Made by a program: the position numbers and the translations under genes. Below the pieces are notes generated by a model, which searched no databases, was not told the origin of the DNA, and saw only the letters and a list, made by a program, of their open reading frames with translations. From sequence record MF327007: a DNA stretch of 64,000 bases; one strand, given 5' to 3'. Below, piece by piece: positions 1-7,667 of this stretch (the stretch's first letter is position 1; every line of letters starts with the position of its first letter). Source of the DNA: Shigella phage Sf21.

Positions 1-170
1 AGCTCACTCCAAACTTCTGTTATATTTACTGTGCCGTCGATGTTTAAAATAAAACAGTCAATCATTAATCCAATAAGACTACCTGTAAGAGCTGCAAATG
101 CTGATATGGCAAGAATTAATAGTGCCTCTGGAAACGAATATTTGACTTTATTTAGTTTTGGCTTTTGCAT
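1..170 (-). CDS. hypothetical membrane protein, N-terminal part only (ORF runs past window start)
   Basis: ATG at 168-170 (minus) with AGGAAT 6 nt upstream; hydrophobic start MQKPKLNKVKYSFPEALLILAISAFAALTGSLIGLMI; no stop before window edge. Confidence 0.3.
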   Translation of the reverse strand, partial: MQKPKLNKVKYSFPEALLILAISAFAALTGSLIGLMIDCFILNIDGTVNITEVWSE

Positions 171-565
171 CGTGATTCCTTAACAAATTTCATAATTTCA
201 TTAAATTCATACGCAGCAAGTTTAAGCTGATGTTCCTTTTTAATCTTTTTACACTGAGCTTTCCATTCGCGTACGCGTTTACGATAGTGTCTTCCTTGAT
301 ACCAGTATCCTACCCAATTTACAGGTACTAATAAAAATGGAACTACTAATGGAAGAATTAATACTAACAGAAATACTGTGTCTGATTCAATATCAGTAGT
401 AACATCTATAACTATTCCAATAATCATTAGGATTATAAATGATACAGCTGTCACAGGACCTACTAATACATCAGTAGGAATTAGCTGGCGCTTTAATTCA
501 TACTTCAACGGTTTACTTGGAAGGTATAGTGATGGTTTTGACATATTCTCTACATTCCTTAACAA
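152..565 (-). CDS. small integral membrane protein (hypothetical)
   Basis: 137-aa ORF with two hydrophobic helices (VSFIILMIIGIVIDV; FLLVLILPLVVPFLLV); start may be internal Met MSKPSLY. Confidence 0.45.
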   Translation of the reverse strand: MLRNVENMSKPSLYLPSKPLKYELKRQLIPTDVLVGPVTAVSFIILMIIGIVIDVTTDIESDTVFLLVLILPLVVPFLLVPVNWVGYWYQGRHYRKRVREWKAQCKKIKKEHQLKLAAYEFNEIMKFVKESRCKSQN

Positions 566-1127
566 ATTTTTCTAGTAATAAATCGCTTTCAAAATTGGGA
601 TTTTCTACGAATTTATCAAAAAGATCATCAACAATAGTTAAGATATTCTTTTTACTAAGAATACGTTTATTTTCATGCTTCGTTTCAGAATCAACTATAA
701 GAGTAAAGAAATATTTCTTGCCCTGAAATTTTACCGTAGTATCAATATAGAATAAATTTGACTTTTGTAAATTACGTTTAAACCATGCATCACTTAAACT
801 ATAAACGCCAAGATAATCATAATCGTCGTTTAAATAACAAACCGTCCATTCAGGAGAAATGAAATCAGTAAATTCAACATCAAAATCACACGTCAATGAA
901 TGAATTGATTCAATACTGTTAATGAGTATTCCAGGACGTATTAAAGACTTTTTACCTTTAGAAAATCTTCCGGAAAGGCTTTCATCAGTTTCATATGAAG
1001 ACCCCCAATAGTAATTACGTCCTTCTGCCATGCGTTTAAGAGCATTTAGTAATTGGTCTGGAACATCAACCTGTCTTTGGAACTCTTCAAACATTGAATT
1101 GAAATCACTTTGCATTTTCATTTTCAT
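513..1127 (-). CDS. hypothetical protein
   Basis: 204-aa ORF downstream of hairpin 1146-1166; no motif recognised. Confidence 0.5.
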   Translation of the reverse strand: MKMKMQSDFNSMFEEFQRQVDVPDQLLNALKRMAEGRNYYWGSSYETDESLSGRFSKGKKSLIRPGILINSIESIHSLTCDFDVEFTDFISPEWTVCYLNDDYDYLGVYSLSDAWFKRNLQKSNLFYIDTTVKFQGKKYFFTLIVDSETKHENKRILSKKNILTIVDDLFDKFVENPNFESDLLLEKFVKECREYVKTITIPSK

Positions 1128-1145
1128 TCCTATTTACTCCAAGTA

Positions 1146-1166
1146 TAAGGGGCCGAAGCCCCTTAT
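1146..1166 (-). terminator. stable UUCG-tetraloop hairpin (GGGGC-UUCG-GCCCC)
   Basis: palindrome TAAGGGGCCGAAGCCCCTTA right after stop of 1169..1762. Confidence 0.55.
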
Positions 1167-1168
1167 CA

Positions 1169-1762
1169 TTATTTCAGAGAATTAATGTATTCCTGAACAT
1201 CGGCAGAGGTAGTTTCAACCCCAGAAATATTACCGTTAAAGGTTTCAACTCGAGCAAGGGTATCTTCAATATCAACCTTAGTCAGTGCTGCAATTTCAAC
1301 TACATCATCAGCAGTACTAATTCCAAGGGCATTCGCAGCACGAGTTTCACGGATATATTCCAATTTAACTGCAAGTTCTTGGCGAGCATCATCTAACTCA
1401 ACTACTTTCTTGGCGATTTCAATTCGCATTTCAGCATAACCATCAGCTTTAGTAGTCAACTGCTCAGCTGTTCGACGATATAGTAAACCAAGTTTAGCAT
1501 GCATTGTTACATCTTGACCTTCCGAAAGAAGCTTGCGAATTTCACGCTCTTTTGATTCGGCCTGCTTATTCTTTTCGACAATAAGTTCACGAATACGCTT
1601 TTCTTCATTAATAGATTTAACAGAAGCAGTTTTTAGATCTTTAATCTTATCAAGTAGTTTTGCTGCTGCAGCAGTATACTGTTCTTCAACAGATAGATTT
1701 TTAGCCATAGCAGAACCAAGTTTAGTGCGAATAAACTCAACAATTTTCTTCAGTGTGTTCAT
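1169..1762 (-). CDS. coiled-coil protein with PspA/IM30-like architecture (tentative)
   Basis: 197 aa; SD AAGGAAAT before ATG at 1760-1762; N-terminal amphipathic segment then long K/E/R-rich helical region. Confidence 0.5.
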
Positions 1763-1805
1763 AGTATTTCCTTAGGTTAATTAAGATTTAAAATCCATGA
1801 GAGTA

Positions 1806-1982
1806 TTATACTCCGGATAGTTTGTAAACTATTTCAACATCGCCTTTTGCTGCTTTATAACCTTCAGCCCAAGATACAACCGAGTTTTTATCTGAAGATT
1901 CAAATTCTGGCATTGGGCTTTCGCCAATGTTCACGCAGTATGTTTCTTCATTTTCGTCGAACCAAATAATTAAAGTAGTCAT
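1806..1982 (-). CDS. small hypothetical protein (58 aa), not in ORF track
   Basis: ATG at 1980-1982 preceded by GGAGAAATAA; translates MTTLIIWFDENEETYCVNIGESPMPEF... Confidence 0.3.
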   Translation of the reverse strand: MTTLIIWFDENEETYCVNIGESPMPEFESSDKNSVVSWAEGYKAAKGDVEIVYKLSGV

Positions 1983-2051
1983 TTATTTCTCCGTTTCTGT
2001 ATTTGTTTTTGATAAGTCTATAATAACACCGTCCTTGGTGTTTGTACACAA

Positions 2052-2327
2052 TTATTTCATATTATTGAAATATTCTTCTGCGATTTCGTCGTTATCATGG
2101 TAAACTTTAGAAGACAGTTTAACATAACCTTCTGCCGTGAACATGTTAATCACAACCTTTACAGTATACCACTGACCGTCTTCATTACCCATTACTGCGT
2201 AAGTTTCAAACATCGGATGATCAGGACCGATAACTTTAATATCATTCACTGTACGACCGAAATCTTCTGAAACACATTTCATAAAGAAGTTGAACAGTTC
2301 GCCGTAATTATCCATTTCATTCTCCAA
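2052..2327 (-). CDS. hypothetical early protein
   Basis: 91-aa ORF directly downstream of early promoter GTTTAC-N18-TACTAT at 2358-2387. Confidence 0.5.
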   Translation of the reverse strand: MENEMDNYGELFNFFMKCVSEDFGRTVNDIKVIGPDHPMFETYAVMGNEDGQWYTVKVVINMFTAEGYVKLSSKVYHDNDEIAEEYFNNMK

Positions 2328-2357
2328 ATTGTTTTCTGTATCAGTAGTTGATAGTTG

Positions 2358-2387
2358 TATAGTACCATGGAAGAACAGGGATGTAAA
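2358..2387 (-). promoter_or_regulatory. T4-type early promoter (-35 GTTTAC, 18-nt spacer, -10 TACTAT)
   Basis: minus strand reads CACAAAACTGTTTAC-N18-TACTAT with A/T-rich upstream tract; precedes ORF 2052..2327. Confidence 0.7.
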
Positions 2388-2528
2388 CAGTTTTGTGAAA
2401 AAATTTTTTAAAAAGTTTTAGGGAATTCTAGGGTCAGGAGGGACAATTAAAAGGTAGGATAATATATTATAAAGGGTATAAACTAAATGATGCCCAGAGA
2501 GGCCCGGAAAGGCCTAGATACCAAAAAG

Positions 2529-2552
2529 CCCCAACCTTTCGGCTGGGGCTAA
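2529..2552 (-). terminator. intrinsic terminator hairpin with U-run
   Basis: minus strand AGCCCCAGCCGAAAGGTTGGGGCTTTTTGG after stop of 2558..3031. Confidence 0.7.
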
Positions 2553-2557
2553 GAATG

Positions 2558-3031
2558 TTATTTGATTTGTTTAGCAGACCAAATGCGGTCTTTAATAATT
2601 TTTTGGATGTCTTCAACATATTCAAGAGAGTGAACATGTGGGTTATCTTTGAAACTATAAGCACGAGCTAGCTTTTGGCCTTCAGTTTTGATTATCAAAA
2701 GTTCTTTAAGAATTGCTTCATACCTAGAGATAATTCCTTTAGCAATATTTTTTTCTTGTGCTGCTTTAGGATCAGCCTTAGGAGCAGGTTTACCTGAAGC
2801 CTTTGCAAAAGCAGCTCCAGTAGCAACTAAACTTTTCCAAGCCATACTAACTGCATTCCCTGTAAATCCTTCGGCTTTCATATCACGAGCAAATTGGAAT
2901 CGTGATTCATCGGAAGCATCTTTATAGGAATATTTACCCGCGGCAATGGCAGCTTTTGCAACAGCTTGAATTTCAGTGCTAGATGCTTCATTTAACACCG
3001 CTTCATTTAAAAATTGAGCATATGATTTCAT
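2558..3031 (-). CDS. Lys/Ala-rich protein with internal-protein-like N-terminus (candidate packaged protein)
   Basis: 157 aa; N-terminus MKSYAQFLNE resembles T4 internal-protein capsid targeting sequence; TATAAATA late promoter 37 nt upstream; flanked by near-identical hairpins. Confidence 0.5.
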   Translation of the reverse strand: MKSYAQFLNEAVLNEASSTEIQAVAKAAIAAGKYSYKDASDESRFQFARDMKAEGFTGNAVSMAWKSLVATGAAFAKASGKPAPKADPKAAQEKNIAKGIISRYEAILKELLIIKTEGQKLARAYSFKDNPHVHSLEYVEDIQKIIKDRIWSAKQIK

Positions 3032-3067
3032 CTTATTTCCTGTTTTAATTCGTGGTTTTAATATACT

Positions 3068-3075
3068 TATTTATA
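3068..3075 (-). promoter_or_regulatory. T4 late promoter core TATAAATA
   Basis: exact TATAAATA on minus strand 37 nt upstream of ATG of 2558..3031. Confidence 0.6.
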
Positions 3076-3082
3076 CTAAAAA

Positions 3083-3106
3083 GCCCCAACCTTTCGGTCG
3101 GGGCTA
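3083..3106 (-). terminator. intrinsic terminator hairpin with U-run (near-identical copy of 2529-2552)
   Basis: minus strand AGCCCCGACCGAAAGGTTGGGGCTTTTTAG immediately upstream of late promoter. Confidence 0.65.
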
Positions 3107-3109
3107 AGC

Positions 3110-3414
3110 CTTGCGGCAACCTTGTCGGGGTTCCACCTGCTAAGGCAAGTGTTTGTACGAAACGCCGGGATTCGAACCCGGTTATTAAGCAGTTGACGCT
3201 ACTCAATATTTTTAAAAGGCCATATCTCGACCATATCCGAACGTTCCGTCAAAAACGCTACTCGGCTTACGGCAAAGATATTTCCTCGAATCGATAATTC
3301 GGTGCGCCGTTTCTGCTGTGATGTAAGAGGGCATCAATAAACGCAAAGATTATTAACGCAATTCCTTACTCAGGGAACATCAGTCCGACGACTTACCGGT
3401 AGCGACCCGGTTTC
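3110..3414 (-). ncRNA. candidate small stable RNA region with tRNA-like T-arm (unassigned)
   Basis: ~300 bp without a credible ORF next to the tRNA cluster; minus strand carries CCGGG-TTCGAAT-CCCGG at 3166-3182 with a possible 7-bp acceptor pairing, but no standard D or anticodon arm. Confidence 0.25.
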
Positions 3415-3765
3415 TTAATATTCTTTTAAAGCATCAATATGTTCACGGCGTTTACGCCATAAATCAATTGCTTCATACGCGGATTCAGCATTTCGAATTG
3501 GACGGCATTTATATAAAGATTTGTGATTTTGATATTGCGTAGATAACGGAATTTTATCTAAAAGGTCTTTACGTTCAAAGTATTCGTAACCATCTAAGCC
3601 AAATGAACGATTTTTGAGAAATTGCCAATGACCAAATTCGTTTTGAATATAAATATAATCCGCGTGTTGATAAAGTAAATTAATTTCACGAAATGAGATA
3701 TGTTTTTCATATTCATTGAAGTAAAATGTTAAATCATGAACTACTAAATAAACATTACTTTTCAT
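3415..3765 (-). CDS. hypothetical protein
   Basis: 116-aa ORF; SD GAGGAAAAT before ATG at 3763-3765, immediately downstream of tRNA-Arg. Confidence 0.5.
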   Translation of the reverse strand: MKSNVYLVVHDLTFYFNEYEKHISFREINLLYQHADYIYIQNEFGHWQFLKNRSFGLDGYEYFERKDLLDKIPLSTQYQNHKSLYKCRPIRNAESAYEAIDLWRKRREHIDALKEY

Positions 3766-3783
3766 ATTTTCCTCACTTATAAT

Positions 3784-3859
3784 TGGTCGAGGCAGTAGGG
3801 ATCGAACCTACGACCCAGGACTTAGAAGGTCCTTGCTCTTCCTTCTGAGCTATGCCCCG
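3784..3859 (-). tRNA. tRNA-Arg (anticodon UCU)
   Basis: 76-nt cloverleaf read on minus strand; anticodon loop CUUCUAA; T-arm GTAGG-TTCGATC-CCTAC; CCA encoded. Confidence 0.85.
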
Positions 3860-3863
3860 TAAT

Positions 3864-3939
3864 TGGGGTGACCGATGGGAGTCGAACCCATGACTACGAG
3901 AATCACAATCTCGAGTTCTACCAACTGAACTACGGCCAC
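3864..3939 (-). tRNA. tRNA-His (anticodon GUG), no encoded G-1
   Basis: 76 nt; anticodon loop UUGUGAU identical to E. coli tRNA-His loop; discriminator C73; base at -1 is U not G. Confidence 0.7.
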
Positions 3940-4053
3940 ATTAATACCTACTCCAACAATCAAGATGTCTTCACACGAAATTAAGAGAAGAGTGATCAGT
4001 TCAACCCCTATAATCGCGTCAAGTAGATATTAATGTGACAGTTGTCACAAATT

Positions 4054-4128
4054 TGGCGGACGTGATAGGATTCGAACCTATAACCAATCGCTTAACAGGC
4101 GATCGCTCTGCCATTGAGCTACACATCC
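4054..4128 (-). tRNA. tRNA-Asn (anticodon GUU)
   Basis: 75 nt; anticodon stem ATCGC/GCGAT, loop CUGUUAA; T-arm ATAGG-TTCGAAT-CCTAT; CCA encoded. Confidence 0.8.
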
Positions 4129-4132
4129 AAAT

Positions 4133-4219
4133 TGGTGGGGAGTGGTGGAGTCGAACCACCCGAGTCGCAATGACAATGAATTTACAGTCCACACCGCTAC
4201 CTCTACGGGATAACTCCCC
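4133..4219 (-). tRNA. tRNA-Tyr (anticodon GUA), class II with long variable arm
   Basis: 87 nt; anticodon loop CUGUAAA with G-U containing stem; T-arm GGTGG-TTCGACT-CCACC; CCA encoded. Confidence 0.7.
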
Positions 4220-4232
4220 CTAATTCTTAATT

Positions 4233-4307
4233 TGGTGGCCCTGGGTGGAATTGAACCACCATCTGGCGATTATGAGTCGCTTGCTTGAACCTTCCAGCTA
4301 CAGGGCC
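4233..4307 (-). tRNA. tRNA with CAU anticodon (T4 tRNA-Ile-like, or Met)
   Basis: 75 nt; perfect 7-bp acceptor stem GGCCCTG/CAGGGCC; anticodon loop CUCAUAA; CCA encoded. Confidence 0.75.
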
Positions 4308-4308
4308 T

Positions 4309-4384
4309 TGGTGCTGATTGACGGAATCGAACCGCCGACCTTCTCATTACAAGTGAGTTGCTCTACCTACTGAGCTAAATCAGC
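4309..4384 (-). tRNA. tRNA-Thr (anticodon UGU)
   Basis: 76 nt; anticodon loop CUUGUAA; D-arm GCTC-AGTAGGTA-GAGC; CCA encoded. Confidence 0.85.
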
Positions 4385-4389
4385 AAAAC

Positions 4390-4479
4390 TGGCGGAGGCG
4401 ATAGGATTTGAACCTATGAGTCGCCGGAGCGACTGCCGGTTTTCAAGACCGGTGCATTAAACCACTCTGCCACGCCTCC
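4390..4479 (-). tRNA. tRNA-Ser (anticodon UGA), class II
   Basis: 90 nt; anticodon stem CCGGT/ACCGG, loop CUUGAAA; long variable arm; CCA encoded. Confidence 0.85.
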
Positions 4480-4481
4480 AG

Positions 4482-4555
4482 TCTCCGCGGCAGGATTTGA
4501 ACCTACGACATTCTGCTCCCAAAGCAGACGCTCTACCAAACTGAGCTACACGGAG
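4482..4555 (-). tRNA. tRNA-Pro (anticodon UGG)
   Basis: anticodon stem TCTGC/GCAGA, loop UUUGGGA; T-loop TTCAAAT; CCA not encoded. Confidence 0.8.
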
Positions 4556-4565
4556 TAAATTAAAT

Positions 4566-4639
<74 letters not shown>

Positions 4640-4644
4640 AAATT

Positions 4645-4731
4645 TGGTGCGAGAAGTGGGACTCGAACCCACAAGGAAATCATTCCGCAGCATTTTAAGT
4701 GCTGTGCCTTTACCAATTTGACCATTCTCGC
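4645..4731 (-). tRNA. tRNA-Leu (anticodon UAA), class II
   Basis: 87 nt; anticodon stem CAGCA/TGCTG, loop CUUAAAA; long variable arm; CCA encoded. Confidence 0.85.
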
Positions 4732-4732
4732 G

Positions 4733-4805
4733 CTGGGAATAAAGGACTCGAACCTTTGCATCTAGCAGTCAAAGTGCTATGCCTTACCAACTTGGCTAAT
4801 TCCCA
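4733..4805 (-). tRNA. tRNA-Gln (anticodon UUG)
   Basis: 73 nt; anticodon stem TAGCA/TGCTA, loop CUUUGAC; CCA not encoded; abuts tRNA-Leu. Confidence 0.85.
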
Positions 4806-4891
4806 ATTATTAACAAAGGCTCTCAAACAAGAACCCTTGATGATAGAGGGTATTAATCAGTGCGGTATGAGTTAATAATAACAAATAATTC

Positions 4892-5407
4892 TTAAAGCAA
4901 ATTAAACATTTTAACGGTCGGCAAAACAATTTCTTCTTCTATATAAGAGTATTTAACACTCTCAACTACACGCAAAAAATCATAATCATAATACTCAGAA
5001 GCATTACCTAAAATATTAATAAGTCCTTCAAGCACTTTATTACCATTCACAAAGAATAAGTCAAATACGCGTTCTTCGTCTTCTTCGGATTTATTACCAA
5101 GGTCAACTTCTATATCAAAGACCTTTTTAATGAATTCTGGATAAAGTTGTTCTGAGAACAGTCCTTCAACCAAGTATTCATAAATAAAAAGCGATTGCTC
5201 GCTGAACAAGCCATTACCACAATAACGTTCAGCTTTAGTACTAGAATGTCTACTTTTAAACTTCTTTAAAAGATATTGAAATTGTAAGATTTCATGCTCT
5301 TCTACGCCAAACAGTGTTTTAGTTTTATAGTTGTCACCATCATTTTCCCAGGTAGTGACATCAATTACGTAACCCTGTGGAATTGTAGTACCTAAACAAA
5401 TATTCAT
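4892..5407 (-). CDS. hypothetical early protein
   Basis: 171-aa ORF, first of four translationally coupled (ATGA-overlap) minus-strand ORFs. Confidence 0.55.
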   Translation of the reverse strand: MNICLGTTIPQGYVIDVTTWENDGDNYKTKTLFGVEEHEILQFQYLLKKFKSRHSSTKAERYCGNGLFSEQSLFIYEYLVEGLFSEQLYPEFIKKVFDIEVDLGNKSEEDEERVFDLFFVNGNKVLEGLINILGNASEYYDYDFLRVVESVKYSYIEEEIVLPTVKMFNLL

Positions 5408-5703
5408 TTGCTCACCATATTAATGTAAGTATATTCAATACATTCAAGACCCAAAGGATTCTTGAAAATATCATATTCAAGAGGACCTTTTTCCGTTTCA
5501 ATAAAGAAATCAAAATTTACTGTATTAAATTTACGGTCTTCCTTCACTAATTTAACTTGTGAAGATGAACGGTCAATGTAAACCTTTTCAACTTCAAAAC
5601 ATGTTAAAATGCCATAATCATCAATCAAGGCTTTAGCTGCTTCTTGATCATATTTATATCCATTTTCAATGGATGATACTTTAGCATAAAGAATCATTAT
5701 CAA
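5404..5703 (-). CDS. hypothetical protein
   Basis: 99-aa ORF overlapping neighbours by 4 nt. Confidence 0.5.
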   Translation of the reverse strand: MIMILYAKVSSIENGYKYDQEAAKALIDDYGILTCFEVEKVYIDRSSSQVKLVKEDRKFNTVNFDFFIETEKGPLEYDIFKNPLGLECIEYTYINMVSK

Positions 5704-6098
5704 CCTTCATCAACAACAGTATGCGTATTGGCATTTACGATTTGCCACCAATCAAAGCGATTAGAATCCATCGGTTTGTTTTCATTTTCTTTGATAATGT
5801 CACGGAGTTCATCTTCAGAGAATGCTTTAGCAATTAAATCGGTATACCCACCACGGGGATAATAATTATCACCTGCAAACAAAAGGAAATTTACCTTCCC
5901 GGAAGGAACATACGCTTCCTTAGGATACTTGTTTCCTGCGTGGTCAACCACTTCAATATAACGGTAAGGAATATCGGTTCTTTCAACCCATTGCCATGCC
6001 GCTGCAGGGGAATCGAAAGCATCTACACCTAAACGATTATCTTCATCTTTAGACGGATTATTTTCGTAATCCGCATATACATAATATTCAACGTTCAT
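5700..6098 (-). CDS. hypothetical protein
   Basis: 132-aa ORF overlapping neighbours. Confidence 0.5.
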   Translation of the reverse strand: MNVEYYVYADYENNPSKDEDNRLGVDAFDSPAAAWQWVERTDIPYRYIEVVDHAGNKYPKEAYVPSGKVNFLLFAGDNYYPRGGYTDLIAKAFSEDELRDIIKENENKPMDSNRFDWWQIVNANTHTVVDEG

Positions 6099-6283
6099 TA
6101 TTCACCTTTAGAAATTTTATCCATAACAATAGCAATTAAACCAATTAAAAATGCTACTACAAGTGAAAAAACATTTTCTGCCGTAGTCAATAATCCGCAT
6201 ATAAATCCAACAAACATTGAAAAACTGAAAGCGGAAGCAGAAATTGCAATAGCAACATTTCGAATTAATTCACAACGTTTCAT
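6098..6283 (-). CDS. small membrane protein (61 aa)
   Basis: ATG at 6281-6283 with AGGAGAATAAA SD; hydrophobic core FSFSMFVGFICGLLT...LVVAFLIGLIAIV; ORF-track start at 6424 is upstream of the promoter and unlikely. Confidence 0.5.
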   Translation of the reverse strand: MKRCELIRNVAIAISASAFSFSMFVGFICGLLTTAENVFSLVVAFLIGLIAIVMDKISKGE

Positions 6284-6311
6284 TTTATTCTCCTCAGTAG
6301 TTGATAGGGTA

Positions 6312-6341
6312 ATAGTATCACTACCCCATCTAAAAGTAAAC
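6312..6341 (-). promoter_or_regulatory. T4-type early promoter (conserved module copy)
   Basis: GTTTAC-N18-TACTAT; precedes 6098..6283. Confidence 0.7.
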
Positions 6342-6575
6342 TTATTTTTTACGAAAAATTGATTTATTTTCTGCTGCCCATTTTTCAATAACTGCAGCAG
6401 GACCAGTAACAACAATTTTATCACCGTAATCTTCTGCGGCGAGTTGACCGAAATTATCTAATGCATCACGAAGAACTCCATGAGGCATTTCACCCATTTT
6501 ATCTTTCTTGCCAGTGTAAATAAACTCAACTTTTACATCAGCAGTTTCAGCAATAAATTCTTGGTAAGTTTTCAT
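6342..6575 (-). CDS. virion internal protein (IP family) with capsid targeting sequence MKTYQEFIAE
   Basis: N-terminus matches the T4 internal-protein capsid targeting sequence; own early promoter at 6610-6639; start taken at second ATG. Confidence 0.65.
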   Translation of the reverse strand: MKTYQEFIAETADVKVEFIYTGKKDKMGEMPHGVLRDALDNFGQLAAEDYGDKIVVTGPAAVIEKWAAENKSIFRKK

Positions 6576-6609
6576 TTTGATTTCCATTTGGTTTTGTTTT
6601 GATAGGGTA

Positions 6610-6639
6610 ATAGTATCACAACTAAAACCCTATGTAAAC
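6610..6639 (-). promoter_or_regulatory. T4-type early promoter (conserved module copy)
   Basis: AATTTCACAAAGTTGTTTAC-N18-TACTAT; precedes IP gene 6342..6575. Confidence 0.75.
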
Positions 6640-6651
6640 AACTTTGTGAAA

Positions 6652-6909
6652 TTATTTTAAATCTTCTAATCGTTTTTTCATCTTAGAACCATTTTTAGCA
6701 ATTTCTCCTGCATCGGAGCATAATGCTAAAAGTGCTTTAACTTTCGTTTGGTCTCCTTTAAAAGATGAAGGATCTACTGCAGCAGCAAGTTCTTTAATAC
6801 GAGAGAAAAGACGCTCAGCTTCAGCTAAAGCCATTCCAAGCTTTACTTCCATACCGTGGGAAGATTCAGTGATAGTAGTTTTTGTAGTAAACTCTTTGAA
6901 AGTTTTCAT
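6652..6909 (-). CDS. virion internal protein (IP family), ipI-position gene
   Basis: N-terminus MKTFKEFTTK...TE is capsid-targeting-like; SD AGGAAAAT; own early promoter at 6940-6969; adjacent to 57B as ipI is in T4. Confidence 0.6.
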   Translation of the reverse strand: MKTFKEFTTKTTITESSHGMEVKLGMALAEAERLFSRIKELAAAVDPSSFKGDQTKVKALLALCSDAGEIAKNGSKMKKRLEDLK

Positions 6910-6939
6910 TTTATTTTCCTAATTAATTTTGATGAGATA

Positions 6940-6969
6940 ATAGTATCACTACCTCATCAGCATGTAAAC
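6940..6969 (-). promoter_or_regulatory. T4-type early promoter (conserved module copy)
   Basis: AATTTCACAAAGTTGTTTAC-N18-TACTAT; precedes IP gene 6652..6909. Confidence 0.75.
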
Positions 6970-6981
6970 AACTTTGTGAAA

Positions 6982-7666
<685 letters not shown>

Positions 7667-7667
<1 letters not shown>

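Noticed and set aside
1763-1810. GTTTAC and TATAAT elements upstream of the PspA-like gene as an early promoter
   Set aside because: Spacing between GTTTAC and TATAAT is only 13 nt, unlike the 18-nt spacing of the five clear early promoters; the gene is more likely co-transcribed from the promoter at 2358-2387.
6342-6587. ORF-track start MEIKMKTYQ for the internal protein gene
   Set aside because: The capsid targeting sequence starts at the second Met (MKTYQEFIAE); the first ATG is too close to the promoter -10 to be translated from the early transcript. Low-consequence call.
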